NCBI GenBank assembly: GCA_002483445.1
Contig: DLHY01000054.1
Coordinates: forward strand, 9,149 to 73,148
Direction of reading: 5' to 3'
DNA length: 64,000 nt
DNA from: Blastocatellia bacterium UBA7656
GTDB taxonomy: Bacteria; Acidobacteriota; Blastocatellia; UBA7656
In this document: positions 29,867-41,221 of the stretch, one piece after another
Numbering within the stretch: position 1 is the stretch's first letter
How the letters are laid out: every line of letters starts with the position of its first letter
Made by a program: the position numbers and the translations under genes
The notes under the pieces: generated by a model
Seen by the model: only the letters and a program-made list of their open reading frames with translations
What the model was told of the DNA's origin: nothing
The model's database searches: none

Positions 29867-31171
29867 TCACCTTTTCTGCTTTTGCAGATTGGCGAGCAAC
29901 TGTTCGGCGCGGCTATTGAGGAAATCGAGATTCTGCGCATTCTTCTGAATAGCCGTCTTGAATTCCTGAAGCGCGCGATCACGATCCTGTCGCCTGCGGG
30001 ATTGCGAAAGCAGAATGGCCATATTCAGGTGAGGCAGTCCGCTCGACGAATCGAGCTGCATCGCGCGCTCTATGTCTTTTATGGCGTCGCGCTCTCCCTT
30101 GCTCGCGCGGGCAAGGCCCAATCCGGCGTGAGCCGCGGCATAAGACGGATCGATTTCGAGCGCGCGTCGAAAAGTCTCGATTGCCTCCTTGAATTTTCCG
30201 TTGGCGTGATAAGCCTGTCCGAGATAGCAGTGCGCGAAAGCCCACTTGGGTTCCATCTGCGTGACTTTTATGAAAGTCGCTTCCGCCGTGGCGATGTCGC
30301 CCGAATACATCTGCACCACTCCAAGTTGATAGCGCGGAGGCGCCCATCCGTCGTCGAACTCAATCGATTTTTCAAGCTCGCTTCGCGCGCCCGTAAGACC
30401 TCCTCCATTGGGCGCGCTTTCGGTCGCGCCCTGCGCGCTGTAGGTGAGAAAGTCGCGCAGCGCCAGCACGCCGCGCAGATAAGCGCCCTCGGCCTGAGAT
30501 CGCTTGTCATCGCCTTTGAGAGCAAGCGCGTTGGTGTTTGCGTCCAGGGCTCGCAGGATTTCATCGCGAGTGATAGCGCGCCAGTTGGTTATAGTGCTGG
30601 TTATAGCGGGCGCGGCGGCTTCCGCAAATCTGGTCGCCAGCACTCCTTTCATGCGCGCGATTTCCGCGTGATCGGGAAACTGTTTGGATAATTTTTCTAC
30701 AAGCTCCATCGCATTCGGAGTCTGAGGTCCGGCCAATCGACCAGAGGTGATGAGGCTGTCGAATTCTTTTACGAATCGATCCATTATGGGTTCGAGTTTG
30801 AACACCAGCGTGGGCGATTCGCTGCCAGCCTGAAATCCGCGAAGAGAGGGCGAGTATCCTTCCTTGCGCGCTTCGACCGAGTAATGAGCAAGCGGCAGCC
30901 TTTCGATCTGAAATCTGCCTTCCGCGTTGGTCACGCCTTTCCGCTCGCCGTTTATGTAGATTTCGCATTCGGGCGGATTGGTCAGCACTGTGAGAATGAC
31001 CGTTATCGGCTCAGGCTCAGGCTTAGGGGTCGGGCGTTTTACCGGCGGCTTCTTTGTAGGTTTGGTTGGCCGCCCTGACGGGTCCTGCGCCAGCGCGAGA
31101 CTCGCAGTGAGTAAACAAACGATTGCGATGAAAGGGGCCGTCTGCGCGAGATACTTTTTTCGGTTCCACAT
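29867..31171 (-). CDS. Exported PEGA-like plus TPR protein
   Basis: Signal peptide, Pro/Lys linker, TNPPECEIYING...VEARKEGY, multiple TPRs. Confidence 0.8.
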   Translation of the reverse strand: MWNRKKYLAQTAPFIAIVCLLTASLALAQDPSGRPTKPTKKPPVKRPTPKPEPEPITVILTVLTNPPECEIYINGERKGVTNAEGRFQIERLPLAHYSVEARKEGYSPSLRGFQAGSESPTLVFKLEPIMDRFVKEFDSLITSGRLAGPQTPNAMELVEKLSKQFPDHAEIARMKGVLATRFAEAAAPAITSTITNWRAITRDEILRALDANTNALALKGDDKRSQAEGAYLRGVLALRDFLTYSAQGATESAPNGGGLTGARSELEKSIEFDDGWAPPRYQLGVVQMYSGDIATAEATFIKVTQMEPKWAFAHCYLGQAYHANGKFKEAIETFRRALEIDPSYAAAHAGLGLARASKGERDAIKDIERAMQLDSSSGLPHLNMAILLSQSRRRQDRDRALQEFKTAIQKNAQNLDFLNSRAEQLLANLQKQKR

Positions 31172-31223
31172 AACATCACCTCGGCGGCTATTATAGCGCA
31201 CCTCTTACAACCAACCAATAATT

Positions 31224-31378
31224 AGTCGGTGGTCGGTGGTCAGTGGTCGGTTGCTGATTGCGATTCGAGGCTTCGCCTGTTCGAGCGGCGAATTTGCCTC
31301 GGTCATACCACACCTTTGAAGAACACTGTGACTTACAGGAAGAAACACTGACCCCTGACCGCTGATCCCTGATCCCTG
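31224..31378. repeat. Degenerate heptamer tandem repeats (GGTGGTC / CTGAYCC)
   Basis: gtcggtggtcggtggtcagtggtcgg and ctgacccctgaccgctgatccctgatccctg. Confidence 0.6.
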
Positions 31379-31477
31379 CCAGAGGGTGAACTCTTGACCT
31401 GAAATCGCTTCGTAGTAGAATTGCCAGCGTCTGCATTTGTTTCTCTAATCGCATGAGTCAATCGAGTCGGAGGCCGT

Positions 31478-31738
31478 ATGGCTGAGATCAAACTCTATAC
31501 GACAAACTGGAGCGCCGATTGTCTCAAGGCCAAACGTTTCCTCGACGATGAAGGTATTTTTTATGACGAAGTCGATATCGAGCATTCGCCCGAAGCCGCA
31601 AGAGTGGTGGAGAGCGCCAACGATGGTCGCCGGATAGTTCCAACCTTCGAAATAAACGGCACCCTGTTCAGTCTCAAACCGTTCGACTGGAAAAAACTTC
31701 AACTAGAACTCGAAAGGCTCGGCGTGGAAGAAGAGTGA
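31478..31738 (+). CDS. Glutaredoxin/mycoredoxin-like protein with SxxC site
   Basis: LYTTNWSADC...YDEVDIE...GRRIVPTF. Confidence 0.82.
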   Translation: MAEIKLYTTNWSADCLKAKRFLDDEGIFYDEVDIEHSPEAARVVESANDGRRIVPTFEINGTLFSLKPFDWKKLQLELERLGVEEE

Positions 31739-31763
31739 TCGCTTCGCTCGCTCAGGTTAAGAG

Positions 31764-33116
31764 ATGTCACAACAAAGTTTCCTTCAATTGCTGATGCAGG
31801 ATCGTCGCCCGATGTCAGTCTCGGAACTGACAGCCGAGGTCAAAATGATGATCGAAGGCCAGTTCCTCGATGTATGGGTCGAAGGCGAAATTTCGAATTT
31901 CCGCCGTCACTCTTCGGGCCATTGGTACTTCACTCTCAAGGATGAAGGCGCTTATCTGCGCGCGGCCAGCTTCCGTATGCAGAATCGCCTCATCCGCTTC
32001 GCTCCCCAGGACGGCTTGCTCGTCCGTGCGCGCGGGCGATTGTCCGTTTACGAAGCGCGCGGCGAATATCAAATGCTTGTCGATTACCTCGAACCCGCGG
32101 GCGCAGGAGCATTGCAACTCGCCTTCGAAGAATTGAAGGCGAGGCTCGCCGCAGAAGGTCTTTTCGACTCAGAGAGAAAGCGGGCGTTGCCCCTGCTTCC
32201 GCGCCGCATCGGGGTTGTCACTTCTCCGACGGGCGCGGCTGTCCGCGACATACTTCGAGTGCTAAGGCGTCGCAACGAATCCATCAGCGTGCTTGTGGCC
32301 CCGGCGCGCGTTCAGGGAGAGGGCGCAGCGCGCGAAATCGCGGACGCTATCGGCGCTCTCAACTCTGAAGAAGATATCGACGTGATCATAGTCGGGCGCG
32401 GCGGAGGGTCGGCGGAAGACCTCTCCTGCTTCAATGACGAGATGGTTGCGCGAGCGATTTTCAATTCCCGCGTTCCCATACTTTCTGCCGTCGGCCACGA
32501 GACGGATTTCACTCTTGCCGATTTCGTCGCTGACCTCCGGGCCTCGACCCCATCGGCGGCGGCTGAAATGGTCGCAGTTGCCCGCGACGAAGCCCTTTCG
32601 CGCATAGACGGACTTTTCGAAGACATGACCCATGCAGTTCGCTATATTCTCATCGACAGACAAAACCGGCTCTCGGAGCTTGTTTCGAGTCGTGCCTTCG
32701 ATCAGGTGACGAGTCGCATTCACGCCTTCCGCCAGAGATTCGACTTCGCTGTTTACTCCATGGGATCGGCTGCCGCAAAGCGCATACGCGCGGATCGCTC
32801 GCGCGCGAATGTTGCGGCCATCGGTCTGCGCGAAACCGACATTCGCAGACAGTTGGCGGCGACACGCGGGCGATTGGCGGTTCTCTCCGCCCGTCTCAAT
32901 GGAGCCTGTCGCGCCGGACTTGGCCGCGAATCGGAGAGGTTCGCCGTCCTCGCAGGCAAACTCGCGGAACTCTCGCCGCTCGAAGTTCTCTCTCGCGGCT
33001 ACAGCATCGCCTTCGACGCCGAAGGGCGGATCGTAAAACGCGCAGACGACGTGAAAGCGGGCGAACGCATAAGGGTGCTGTTGAGCGAAGGCGAGATCGA
33101 TTGCACGCGGAATTAG
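31764..33116 (+). CDS. xseA: Exodeoxyribonuclease VII large subunit
   Basis: VWVEGEISNF, SGHWYFTLKD, IGVVTSPTGAA, GRGGGS, VGHETD, STPSAAAE. Confidence 0.97.
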   Translation: MSQQSFLQLLMQDRRPMSVSELTAEVKMMIEGQFLDVWVEGEISNFRRHSSGHWYFTLKDEGAYLRAASFRMQNRLIRFAPQDGLLVRARGRLSVYEARGEYQMLVDYLEPAGAGALQLAFEELKARLAAEGLFDSERKRALPLLPRRIGVVTSPTGAAVRDILRVLRRRNESISVLVAPARVQGEGAAREIADAIGALNSEEDIDVIIVGRGGGSAEDLSCFNDEMVARAIFNSRVPILSAVGHETDFTLADFVADLRASTPSAAAEMVAVARDEALSRIDGLFEDMTHAVRYILIDRQNRLSELVSSRAFDQVTSRIHAFRQRFDFAVYSMGSAAAKRIRADRSRANVAAIGLRETDIRRQLAATRGRLAVLSARLNGACRAGLGRESERFAVLAGKLAELSPLEVLSRGYSIAFDAEGRIVKRADDVKAGERIRVLLSEGEIDCTRN

Positions 33117-33510
33117 GCTGTTGCCTTCGCCGCGCCGACATCGCAAAATACAATCGTATCCTCTGGAATCGTGGCCCAGGACGAGCTTGCGCATCTCCAG
33201 ATTTCGTATTTTCAGCGCGCGTCCGGCGCGGTATTTGTCAGGGGCGACGGGGTCGAGATAGTTGAAGCGTTTCTTTCATCTGTCGGGCTAGCGGCGTATT
33301 CATTTTATGATGAAGTACGATGCCGCGATAACTCTCAGGCGGCGAGCGAAAGAATACGACAGTACCTTGCAGAACCTGGCGTCTCACGTCCCGCCGCACG
33401 GGGAGTGACAGGAGAGATTTCTTTCACCCCGAATCGATCTGCCCGTTTGATTATGACTCGCATATCAGCGGGCAAAGCGATTCCGGCCTCACCCAATGGA
33501 GGAAAACGAA

Positions 33511-36500
33511 ATGTCGGCCCACCGTCGGGGACTGACTCTGCGCGCGACCTTGATTGCGCTCGCCCTGGGAGTGTCGCTCTATATCGCAGCGATCTCCGGC
33601 ATTATCGCTTACGAGATCGCTCCGGGCGCGACAGCCATCAGACAGCAGAGCGCGAAACTGCACGCGGAATTCGAGGCGAGCAGCGAGCGAGCCGCCGCGC
33701 TCAAGTCGGCCATCGCCGAAATCCGCAACCTGATGGCCCGCCTGGTCGCGTCGAAAGAGGTGGAATCTATCAGGGCGAAAATTCAGTCGCATGTCGACAG
33801 CGCGGGAGCGGCGCAAAATATCGGAGCGATGCCGGGCATACCGGGGGAGATGCGCATATCGCTCGGACGCGCAGCCGATGCCGAATCGCAACTGGCGGTC
33901 TTGCTCATCGAAGCTCTGGCCGATGTGGAAATCAATCGTCACGCGGAAGCTGAGACAAAACTCGTTCAGTGCGATTTTTTGCAGACGCTCATAGCCGGTC
34001 ATCTCAACGAAGCACAGCGATTCGGACTCCTTGACTTGATCCGGCGCGAAAAGTCTCTGGGCGAAGCTGCCGACGGCGCGATAAAGATGGTCGGATGGTG
34101 GGCAGCAATCGGAGCCGCGCTCATACCTGCATTCGCCTTATTCGTTCAGCATCGCTTCTATCGCCCGCTTGCCGAACTTGATCGTGGACTGGCCCGCGTG
34201 GCCGAAGGCGATATCGAAACGACGGTAGAGATTCACCGCGAGGACGAACTGGGTCGATTGAGCCGACATTTCAATCGAATGACCGACGTGCTGCGCCAGC
34301 GAGCGGAAGAAGAACGCCGCCGCGCGCACAGCGTCACTGAAAGATTCGGTCGCATACTCGATCAGTCCAGCAACGAGATTTACATATTCGACGCTGAAAC
34401 CTATCATTTCCTTCAGGTCAATCGCGGCGCTCGCGAAAACCTCGGCTACACAGGGGAAGAATTTTCCGGCCTCACTCCTTTGGATCTGATGCCCGAATTC
34501 GACCGCGCTTCTTTCGATGAGCTTGCCGCTTTGATGCGCGCGGGTCAGCGCGAGATGGCGATGATAACGACTATTCATCGTCGCAAGGACGGAACTACCT
34601 ATCCGGTCGAAGTCAATATTCAGATTTCCCGCCGTGAGACGCCCACCGTGATGGTGTCGATTGTTCGGGACATCACCGAGCGCAAGCAGATGGAAGAAGC
34701 CCTTCGCGAGAGCGAGGAGCAATTCCGTCTGGCAATCGATGCGGCTCAGATGGGAACGTGGGACTGGAATCTCGTCACCAACCACATACGCCGGACGGGG
34801 CGAGCTTACCAGTTGTTCGGCGTGACTCAGGAATTGCTGGGCGACACGTCCTCCACTTTTCTTGATCGGATTCACCCACAGGATCGCCAGCATGTGCGTC
34901 AGGCCATCAGGAGGGCGATTGATGATGGCACGCTCTACAGTGAAGAGTTTCGCGTGATGCTGCCCGACGGAAGCGTTCGCTGGCGGGCGGCGCAGGGAAC
35001 GACTTTTCGCGATGACGAGGGACGGGCCGCGCGGATGGTCGGCGTCGTGCTTGATATCACTGAGCGAAAGCGTATGGAAGAAGCTCTGCGCGACAGCGAA
35101 ACGATGTTCCGCACGCTGACCGAAACCATCACGATGGCCATCTACATTTATCGCGGAGATCGATATCTTTACGTCAACTCGGCGGCTGAAAAAATCACAG
35201 GCTACGGGCGCGATGAATTGATGAAGATGGATCTTCTGGCTTTGGCTTACGCCGAGGATAGAGATCGTATTATTGACTATGTGCGGAGGCGCCAGCGCGG
35301 CGAGGAGGTTCCGACCCGATACGAGACGAGGTTTTTAACCAAGACCCGCGCAGTGCGGTGGATCGACGTGACAATCGCGCAGATAGACTACAAAGGAGAG
35401 CCTGCTTATCTGGCTACGGCCTTTGACATCACCGAGCGCAAGCAGGCGGAGGCGGCGCTCAGGGAAAGTGAAGAGCGATTCTCGAAGGCGTTTCAGGCAA
35501 GCCCTCTGGCCATGAGCATATCTGCGATGGGCGACGGCTGCATCATTGCCGCCAATGAAAGCTTCCTTCGATTGTGTGACTACACCAGGCAGGAAATCAT
35601 AGGCCACACTGCCGAGGAGCTTCGGCTATGGATCGATCCCGACGAGCGCAAGGAGTTCATACGGCGAGCCATCGAGCAGGGAGAGGTCAGGGATATGGAG
35701 GCGGCGGTTCGCACCAGAGGAGGGGAAAATCTCGTGGTGTTGCTTTCAGGAGTGCTGATAGAACTTGGCGGCGAGCCGTGCGTGCTGTTCACGGCAATCG
35801 ACATAACTGAGCGCAAACGCGCCGAGCGGGCATTGCGGGAGAGCGAGTCGCGATTCCGCGCTCTGATCGAAAACAGCCTCGATGTGATCATAATGTTCGA
35901 CGCCGACGGGAAGGTACTCTACACAAGCCCTTCGGTCACGAGAGTCCTCGGCTATGACCCGGATGAACTGGTCGGACAGGTGGGCATCGGACAGGTTCAT
36001 CCTGACGAGAGGGAAAAATCCACTGACGTTTTTGCCGAAGCCCTCCAGAAAAAGCGATCTGTGGTGAAGCTGGTCAATCGCATTCTCCACAAAGACGGCT
36101 CTTATCGCACGGTTCAGGTCATAGGCACCAATCTGCTTGATGAGCCAGGTGTAAACGCTATGGTTTCCAACCTCCGCGACATCACCGAACAAGTCAGGGC
36201 TGAAGAAGAAGTCCTGAGACTCAACGAAGAGCTTGAACACAGGGTCGCGGAAAGAACTGCGCAACTCGAAGCGGTCAATCGCGAGCTTGAAGCCTTCAGC
36301 TATTCCGTCTCTCATGACCTGCGCGCCCCGCTTCGCAGCATAGACGGATTCAGCCTCGCGCTGATGGAAGACTGCGCCGACGAGTTGGGCGAGACAGGTC
36401 TCGATTATCTGGCCCGCGTGCGCGCTGCCAGCCAGCGCATGGGGCAGTTGATAGACGATCTGTTGAACCTCTCGCGGATAACCCGCTCTGATATGCACAG

Positions 36501-36942
36501 GGAGAGAGTCGACCTCAGCGCGCTTGCTCACAGTATAGCGATGGAGTTTCAATCTGCGGATCAGGCGCGCGAGGTGGAATTTTGGATCGCGCCCGATCTT
36601 ATGGCCGAAGCTGACCCGCGCCTGCTTCATGTCGCGCTTGAAAATCTGCTCGGCAACTCGTGGAAGTTCACTGAAAAGACCCGGCGCGCGATTATAGAAT
36701 TCGGCTCTGCGCGCGACGGTGACGAAACCTTATTCTTCGTGCGCGACAACGGAGCGGGTTTCGATATGGCTTACGCCGACAAACTTTTCGGCGCGTTTCA
36801 GCGACTGCATCCGATGACCGAATTCAAAGGAACAGGCATCGGATTGGCGACCGTCCAGCGCATCATCAACCGGCACGGCGGAAGAATCTGGGCCGAAGGC
36901 AGGATCGGCGAGGGATCGACGTTTTACTTTACGCTCTCGTAG
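33511..36942 (+). CDS. Membrane sensor histidine kinase (2 TM, HAMP, 5 PAS, HisKA, HATPase)
   Basis: Five PAS units ending DITE(R/Q); [14 protein letters not shown]; GTGIGLATV; GGAGG RBS before 33511. Confidence 0.93.
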   Translation: MSAHRRGLTLRATLIALALGVSLYIAAISGIIAYEIAPGATAIRQQSAKLHAEFEASSERAAALKSAIAEIRNLMARLVASKEVESIRAKIQSHVDSAGAAQNIGAMPGIPGEMRISLGRAADAESQLAVLLIEALADVEINRHAEAETKLVQCDFLQTLIAGHLNEAQRFGLLDLIRREKSLGEAADGAIKMVGWWAAIGAALIPAFALFVQHRFYRPLAELDRGLARVAEGDIETTVEIHREDELGRLSRHFNRMTDVLRQRAEEERRRAHSVTERFGRILDQSSNEIYIFDAETYHFLQVNRGARENLGYTGEEFSGLTPLDLMPEFDRASFDELAALMRAGQREMAMITTIHRRKDGTTYPVEVNIQISRRETPTVMVSIVRDITERKQMEEALRESEEQFRLAIDAAQMGTWDWNLVTNHIRRTGRAYQLFGVTQELLGDTSSTFLDRIHPQDRQHVRQAIRRAIDDGTLYSEEFRVMLPDGSVRWRAAQGTTFRDDEGRAARMVGVVLDITERKRMEEALRDSETMFRTLTETITMAIYIYRGDRYLYVNSAAEKITGYGRDELMKMDLLALAYAEDRDRIIDYVRRRQRGEEVPTRYETRFLTKTRAVRWIDVTIAQIDYKGEPAYLATAFDITERKQAEAALRESEERFSKAFQASPLAMSISAMGDGCIIAANESFLRLCDYTRQEIIGHTAEELRLWIDPDERKEFIRRAIEQGEVRDMEAAVRTRGGENLVVLLSGVLIELGGEPCVLFTAIDITERKRAERALRESESRFRALIENSLDVIIMFDADGKVLYTSPSVTRVLGYDPDELVGQVGIGQVHPDEREKSTDVFAEALQKKRSVVKLVNRILHKDGSYRTVQVIGTNLLDEPGVNAMVSNLRDITEQVRAEEEVLRLNEELEHRVAERTAQLEAVNRELEAFSYSVSHDLRAPLRSIDGFSLALMEDCADELGETGLDYLARVRAASQRMGQLIDDLLNLSRITRSDMHRERVDLSALAHSIAMEFQSADQAREVEFWIAPDLMAEADPRLLHVALENLLGNSWKFTEKTRRAIIEFGSARDGDETLFFVRDNGAGFDMAYADKLFGAFQRLHPMTEFKGTGIGLATVQRIINRHGGRIWAEGRIGEGSTFYFTLS

Positions 36943-37055
36943 GGAGTAGAATCTGGTCAATTCATAAGTAGTTCGATCGGGAATCATAAAGGTATCGTCA
37001 TAGTATCCTAAGTTCGGCCCCCTGAGCATCCATATCAGCAAGAGCGGAGAACCGC

Positions 37056-37502
37056 ATGGACAACAGGATAATTCTGCTTGTGGAAGACAACGCGGATGAC
37101 GAGGCCCTCACTCTTCGCGCGCTTCGCAAGAACAATATCGCAAACGAAGTGGCGGTGGTTCGCGATGGAGCCGAAGCTCTCGATTATCTCTTCTGCACAG
37201 GCGCATATTCAGCAAGAGACTACAGTGCGCCGGGCGTCATACTGCTCGATTTGAAACTCCCGAAAATCGATGGCCTTGAAGTGCTGCGTCGCCTGCGCGC
37301 CGACGAAAGAACGAGGCTCATCCCCGTAGTAATACTGACTTCTTCGCGCGAAGAACAGGATGTCGTCAACGGCTACAGCCTCGGAGCCAACAGCTATATC
37401 TGCAAGCCGGTCGGGTTCGAGAATTTCCTCGAAGCAGTCAAGCAACTCGGCATGTACTGGCTGCTGCTCAACGAACCGCCGCCGAGGGCGAGGAGCAAGT
37501 AG
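37056..37502 (+). CDS. Single-domain response regulator (Rcp1-like)
   Basis: [46 protein letters not shown]. Confidence 0.92.
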   Translation: MDNRIILLVEDNADDEALTLRALRKNNIANEVAVVRDGAEALDYLFCTGAYSARDYSAPGVILLDLKLPKIDGLEVLRRLRADERTRLIPVVILTSSREEQDVVNGYSLGANSYICKPVGFENFLEAVKQLGMYWLLLNEPPPRARSK

Positions 37503-40214
37503 ATGAGCAAGCCGTTCAAAGTTCTGCTCGTTGAAGACTCGGAAGACGACGCGCTGCTCATCCTTCGTATGCTCCGGCAGGGCGGGTATGAACCCCTCTT
37601 CGAGCGAGTCGACACGCCTGAATCGTTCATCAAGGCTATCGATGCCGAAGACTGGGACTGCATAATCGCCGATTACAGTATGCCGCGATTCAATGCCTTT
37701 GCCGCCCTCTCGCTCATCCGCGAGCGCAGTCTTGATCTTCCGTTCATCGTCGTGTCAGGCACGATTGGCGAAGAGACGGCTGTCGAGGCGATGAAAGCGG
37801 GCGCGCACGATTATCTGATGAAAGGCCAGCTCGCTCGTCTCGTACCGGCAATCGAGCGCGAGATGCGCGAGGCCGCAATCCGGCGTGAGCGCGAGCGGGC
37901 GGAGCGCGCGCTTCTGGAGAGCGAGCGAAGATTTCGCGCGCTCGTGGAAAACAGCACGGATGGAGTCTCGCTCATCGAACTCGATGGCACGTTGCTTTAC
38001 ACCGGGCCATCGACGAAACGCATACTCGGTTATGAAAGCGCGGAGATCATCGGTCTCAACATCTTCGATTTAATACACCCGGACAATGTGGAAAGGGCTA
38101 AAAGCCAGTTCATCGAAATGATCCGCGAGCCGAACAGAACGATAGACGGGCTGATCCGCATTCGCCATCGCGACGACTCGTGGCGGTGGATAGAGCATGT
38201 GAGCAAGAATCTCGTCAACGAGTCGAGCGTGCAGGCAGTGGTGTCGAATTATCGCGATGTGAGCGAGCGGAGGCTGGCCGAAGAAAGTCAGGCGCGGCTC
38301 GTAGCCATTCTCGAAGCGACTTCGGATTTCGTCGGAATTTCCGATCTCAGCAGCCGGGTGCTTTATCTCAATCATGCCGGCAGGAGGATGATGGGCATCG
38401 GCGATGATGAAGATATTTCAAGCACCTTCGTCAGCGACTATCACCCTGAGTGGGCTGCGCGGATCATTCTCGAAGAAGGCATACCGGCAGCGATCAGCGA
38501 AGGCACCTGGAGCGGAGAGACGGCTGTGCGAAGCCGCGACGGAGGCGAGATTCCTGTCTCACAACTCATCCTTGCGCACGAAGCGCCGGACGGAGGCGCT
38601 GGATTCCTTTCGACCATAGCCCGCGATATCACCGAGCGCAAACGGGCGGAAGAAGCGCTCAGGCTTTCGGAAAAAAAATACCGCGACATTTTTGAATTCG
38701 CTCCCATCGGCATATTTCAATCCACGCCCCGTGGCCGCTTCATCGCAGCCAACGCAGCCCTGACCCGAATTCTGGGCTATGACTCGCCCGAAGAACTGAT
38801 GCAGATCAACACTGCAGACATTTATTTCGACCCGGAGCAGCGCGCGGCGATCATAGACGAGTATGACGAAGTCGGACACGCCCTCGACCTTGAGCTTTTG
38901 TGGAAGAAAAAAAACGGCTCTCCGGTCTGGGTTCAACTCAGCGCTTTCGCGGTTAAAGACGAACGGGGAAAGACGATTCGCTATGAGAGTTTCGTCCGCG
39001 ATATAACCGAGCGCAAGCATACAGAGGAGGCTCTGCAACGCGCCGAAGAACAGCTTCGCCAGTCGCAGAAGATGGAAGCGGTCGGTCGACTTGCAGGCGG
39101 TGTGGCGCATGATTTCAACAACCTGCTGACGGCCATCATGGGCTGCGCGGAGTTGATATGGGTGCAGATCAATTCGAACGACCCGCTGCGCCCGACGGTC
39201 GAGGAAATAATCAAGGCCGGAGAGCGAGCCGCCGCGCTCACATCTCAGCTTCTCGCCTTCAGTCGCAAACAGATGCTCCAGCCCAGAGTGCTCGATCTCA
39301 ACTCGGTGGTGACGAATCTTGAAAAGATGCTGTGGCGGCTCATAGGCGAAGACATCGAGCTTGTCACCGTGCTTGCGCCCGACCTGGGGCGAGTCAAGGC
39401 CGACCCCAGCCAGATAGAGCAGGTCATACTCAACCTCATAGTCAATTCGCGCGACGCGATGCCCGACGGCGGAAAGGTGATCATCGAAACGTCCAACGTC
39501 AATCTCGGCGATGTGAGCGGACACCCCGACACCCGCCCCGGCCCTTACGCGATGATGGCCGTAAGCGACACCGGAGCCGGTATGGACGCCGAGACGCGCC
39601 TGCGCATATTCGAGCCTTTCTTCACCACGAAAGAAACAGGTCAGGGGACGGGACTCGGGCTTTCGACCGTCTACGGAATCATCAAGCAGAGCGGCGGCGA
39701 CATCAGCGTCTACAGCGAGGCGGGCGCTGGCACGACTTTCAAGATATATCTGCCGCGAGTGGAAGAAGCGGCGGGAACAGAACGCAGGTCGGGAGAAAGA
39801 ATTTCGAAATTTGCCAGTATGCCCAGAGGTTCGGAAACCGTACTCGTTGTCGAAGATGATCAGACTGTCCGCAAGCTGGCATGTCAGGCATTGAGATTGA
39901 GCGGCTATCACGTGCTTGAGGCGGCCAACGCGGGCGAGGCTTTGCTTATATGCGAGCGACAGGACGGCGTGATTCACCTCATGCTGGCCGATGTGATAAT
40001 GCCTCAGATGAGCGGTCGCGAGCTTGCCGTAAGACTCGCTCCCGTGCGGCCTGAAATGAAGACGCTTTTCATGTCGGGCTACACCGACAACGCTGTTTTT
40101 TTGCAGGGCGGATTGGAGGAAGGCGTGGCTTTCATTCAAAAGCCTTTCACGCCCAACTCGCTTTCACGCAAAGTGCGCAATGTCCTCGATGGAACCGAAG
40201 AAGAATGGAATTGA
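37503..40214 (+). CDS. Hybrid histidine kinase REC-3xPAS-HisKA-HATPase-REC (CckA-like core)
   Basis: [42 protein letters not shown], terminal REC. Confidence 0.93.
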   Translation: MSKPFKVLLVEDSEDDALLILRMLRQGGYEPLFERVDTPESFIKAIDAEDWDCIIADYSMPRFNAFAALSLIRERSLDLPFIVVSGTIGEETAVEAMKAGAHDYLMKGQLARLVPAIEREMREAAIRRERERAERALLESERRFRALVENSTDGVSLIELDGTLLYTGPSTKRILGYESAEIIGLNIFDLIHPDNVERAKSQFIEMIREPNRTIDGLIRIRHRDDSWRWIEHVSKNLVNESSVQAVVSNYRDVSERRLAEESQARLVAILEATSDFVGISDLSSRVLYLNHAGRRMMGIGDDEDISSTFVSDYHPEWAARIILEEGIPAAISEGTWSGETAVRSRDGGEIPVSQLILAHEAPDGGAGFLSTIARDITERKRAEEALRLSEKKYRDIFEFAPIGIFQSTPRGRFIAANAALTRILGYDSPEELMQINTADIYFDPEQRAAIIDEYDEVGHALDLELLWKKKNGSPVWVQLSAFAVKDERGKTIRYESFVRDITERKHTEEALQRAEEQLRQSQKMEAVGRLAGGVAHDFNNLLTAIMGCAELIWVQINSNDPLRPTVEEIIKAGERAAALTSQLLAFSRKQMLQPRVLDLNSVVTNLEKMLWRLIGEDIELVTVLAPDLGRVKADPSQIEQVILNLIVNSRDAMPDGGKVIIETSNVNLGDVSGHPDTRPGPYAMMAVSDTGAGMDAETRLRIFEPFFTTKETGQGTGLGLSTVYGIIKQSGGDISVYSEAGAGTTFKIYLPRVEEAAGTERRSGERISKFASMPRGSETVLVVEDDQTVRKLACQALRLSGYHVLEAANAGEALLICERQDGVIHLMLADVIMPQMSGRELAVRLAPVRPEMKTLFMSGYTDNAVFLQGGLEEGVAFIQKPFTPNSLSRKVRNVLDGTEEEWN

Positions 40215-40223
40215 ATAAAATAT

Positions 40224-40595
40224 TCAACCGCTTCGCTCATCGAAAATTTCGTCTTCGTGAGAGAACGCGGGACCGCACACCAGCACGATTCGCATCGCTT
40301 CCGCTCCCGTATTTTCAAGCGTGTGGCTGGACCCAGGCGGAATGTAGACGGCATCGCCTGCCCTGACTTCCCGCCGCTCATCGCCTACAGTCATCACTCC
40401 CTCGCCCCATAAAATATAGTAAATCTCTTCCGTCCGGCGATGATGATGCGGAGTGACCGCGCTTCCTGGAGGAAGCGATTCTTCGGCGAGACTGCAAAGG
40501 CTGGCAGGCGAAGTGGTTCGGTCGATGAGCGGGCGTATCTCAGACCCGTGACGAGTGATGATTGGGCGCGAGCGGTCTCGATTGATGACGATCAT
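40224..40595 (-). CDS. Cupin domain protein
   Basis: PHHHRRTEEIYYILWGEG...GDAVYIPPGSSH. Confidence 0.88.
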   Translation of the reverse strand: MIVINRDRSRPIITRHGSEIRPLIDRTTSPASLCSLAEESLPPGSAVTPHHHRRTEEIYYILWGEGVMTVGDERREVRAGDAVYIPPGSSHTLENTGAEAMRIVLVCGPAFSHEDEIFDERSG

Positions 40596-40600
40596 TAGTT

Positions 40601-41053
40601 TTATGGCTTGTGCTGTTTTTTCTGTTCGATCTGGCCCGCAGCCTGAAGCCATAAGGCCCAGCCGCCGCGCAGAGCGCGCACTTTTTTGTAGCCGTTTTTT
40701 GTGAGTGTCAGCGCCGCACGGGCGCTCGTGTTCTCGCTCGGTCAGGCGCAGTAGGTGATAACTTCGCGATTGCGCGGAATCTGTTTGAGATGCGCCTCGA
40801 TTTGATCGTAGGGGATTTCGAGCGCGCCCGTGATTTTTTCTTCGTAGGTGTCGTGGTGGCGAACGTCGATTATAGTGACAGGCTTCTTTCTGGCGACCAT
40901 CAGTATAAGCTCGTCTACGGAAACTCGCTCGACCTTATCAAGCTCTGCTTCGTCCTGACTGATTGATCTGATGGATCGGGTGGCCGAAGCCGACGAGGAG
41001 AAGATAAACAAAATCAGCGATGCGACGAGCAATGGGCGTGATTTCAAATTCAT
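40601..41053 (-). CDS. Exported rhodanese-like selenoprotein (in-frame UGA at 40742-40744 read as Sec)
   Basis: Signal peptide; IIDVR...GALEIP...REVITYCA-UGA-PSENTSARAALTLTKNGYKKVRALRGGWALW...KP-TAA; SECIS-like hairpin after UGA. Confidence 0.85.
40703..40741 (-). promoter_or_regulatory. Putative bacterial SECIS element
   Basis: Minus strand after UGA: 15 nt, then stem AGCGCC, loop CGTGC (G at position 2), stem GGCGCT. Confidence 0.65.
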
Positions 41054-41221
41054 TTTTTCACCTTCGGATTTCGAATCAAGTGGAACTCCATTTTGCCATG
41101 CGCGTTGAGTAGATTGCCATACAGGTTTGGCTTGATATGGGGCCGGGAAAAGAATTATGATGGCGACCACGCCAAGCCCCACCCGCTGCGTGGAAGAAAA
41201 AACACCGGGGAGTTGAATGAA

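Noticed and set aside
33117-33510. ORF 33171-33953 or a small gene in the xseA-kinase gap (e.g. xseB)
   Set aside because: No recognisable motif in any frame examined; the long ORF overlaps the kinase out of frame
38559-40139. Long antisense ORF (526 aa) and similar shadow ORFs (13161-14048, 21296-22330, 46731-47621)
   Set aside because: They mirror well-supported genes on the opposite strand, as expected in GC-rich DNA, and have no motifs
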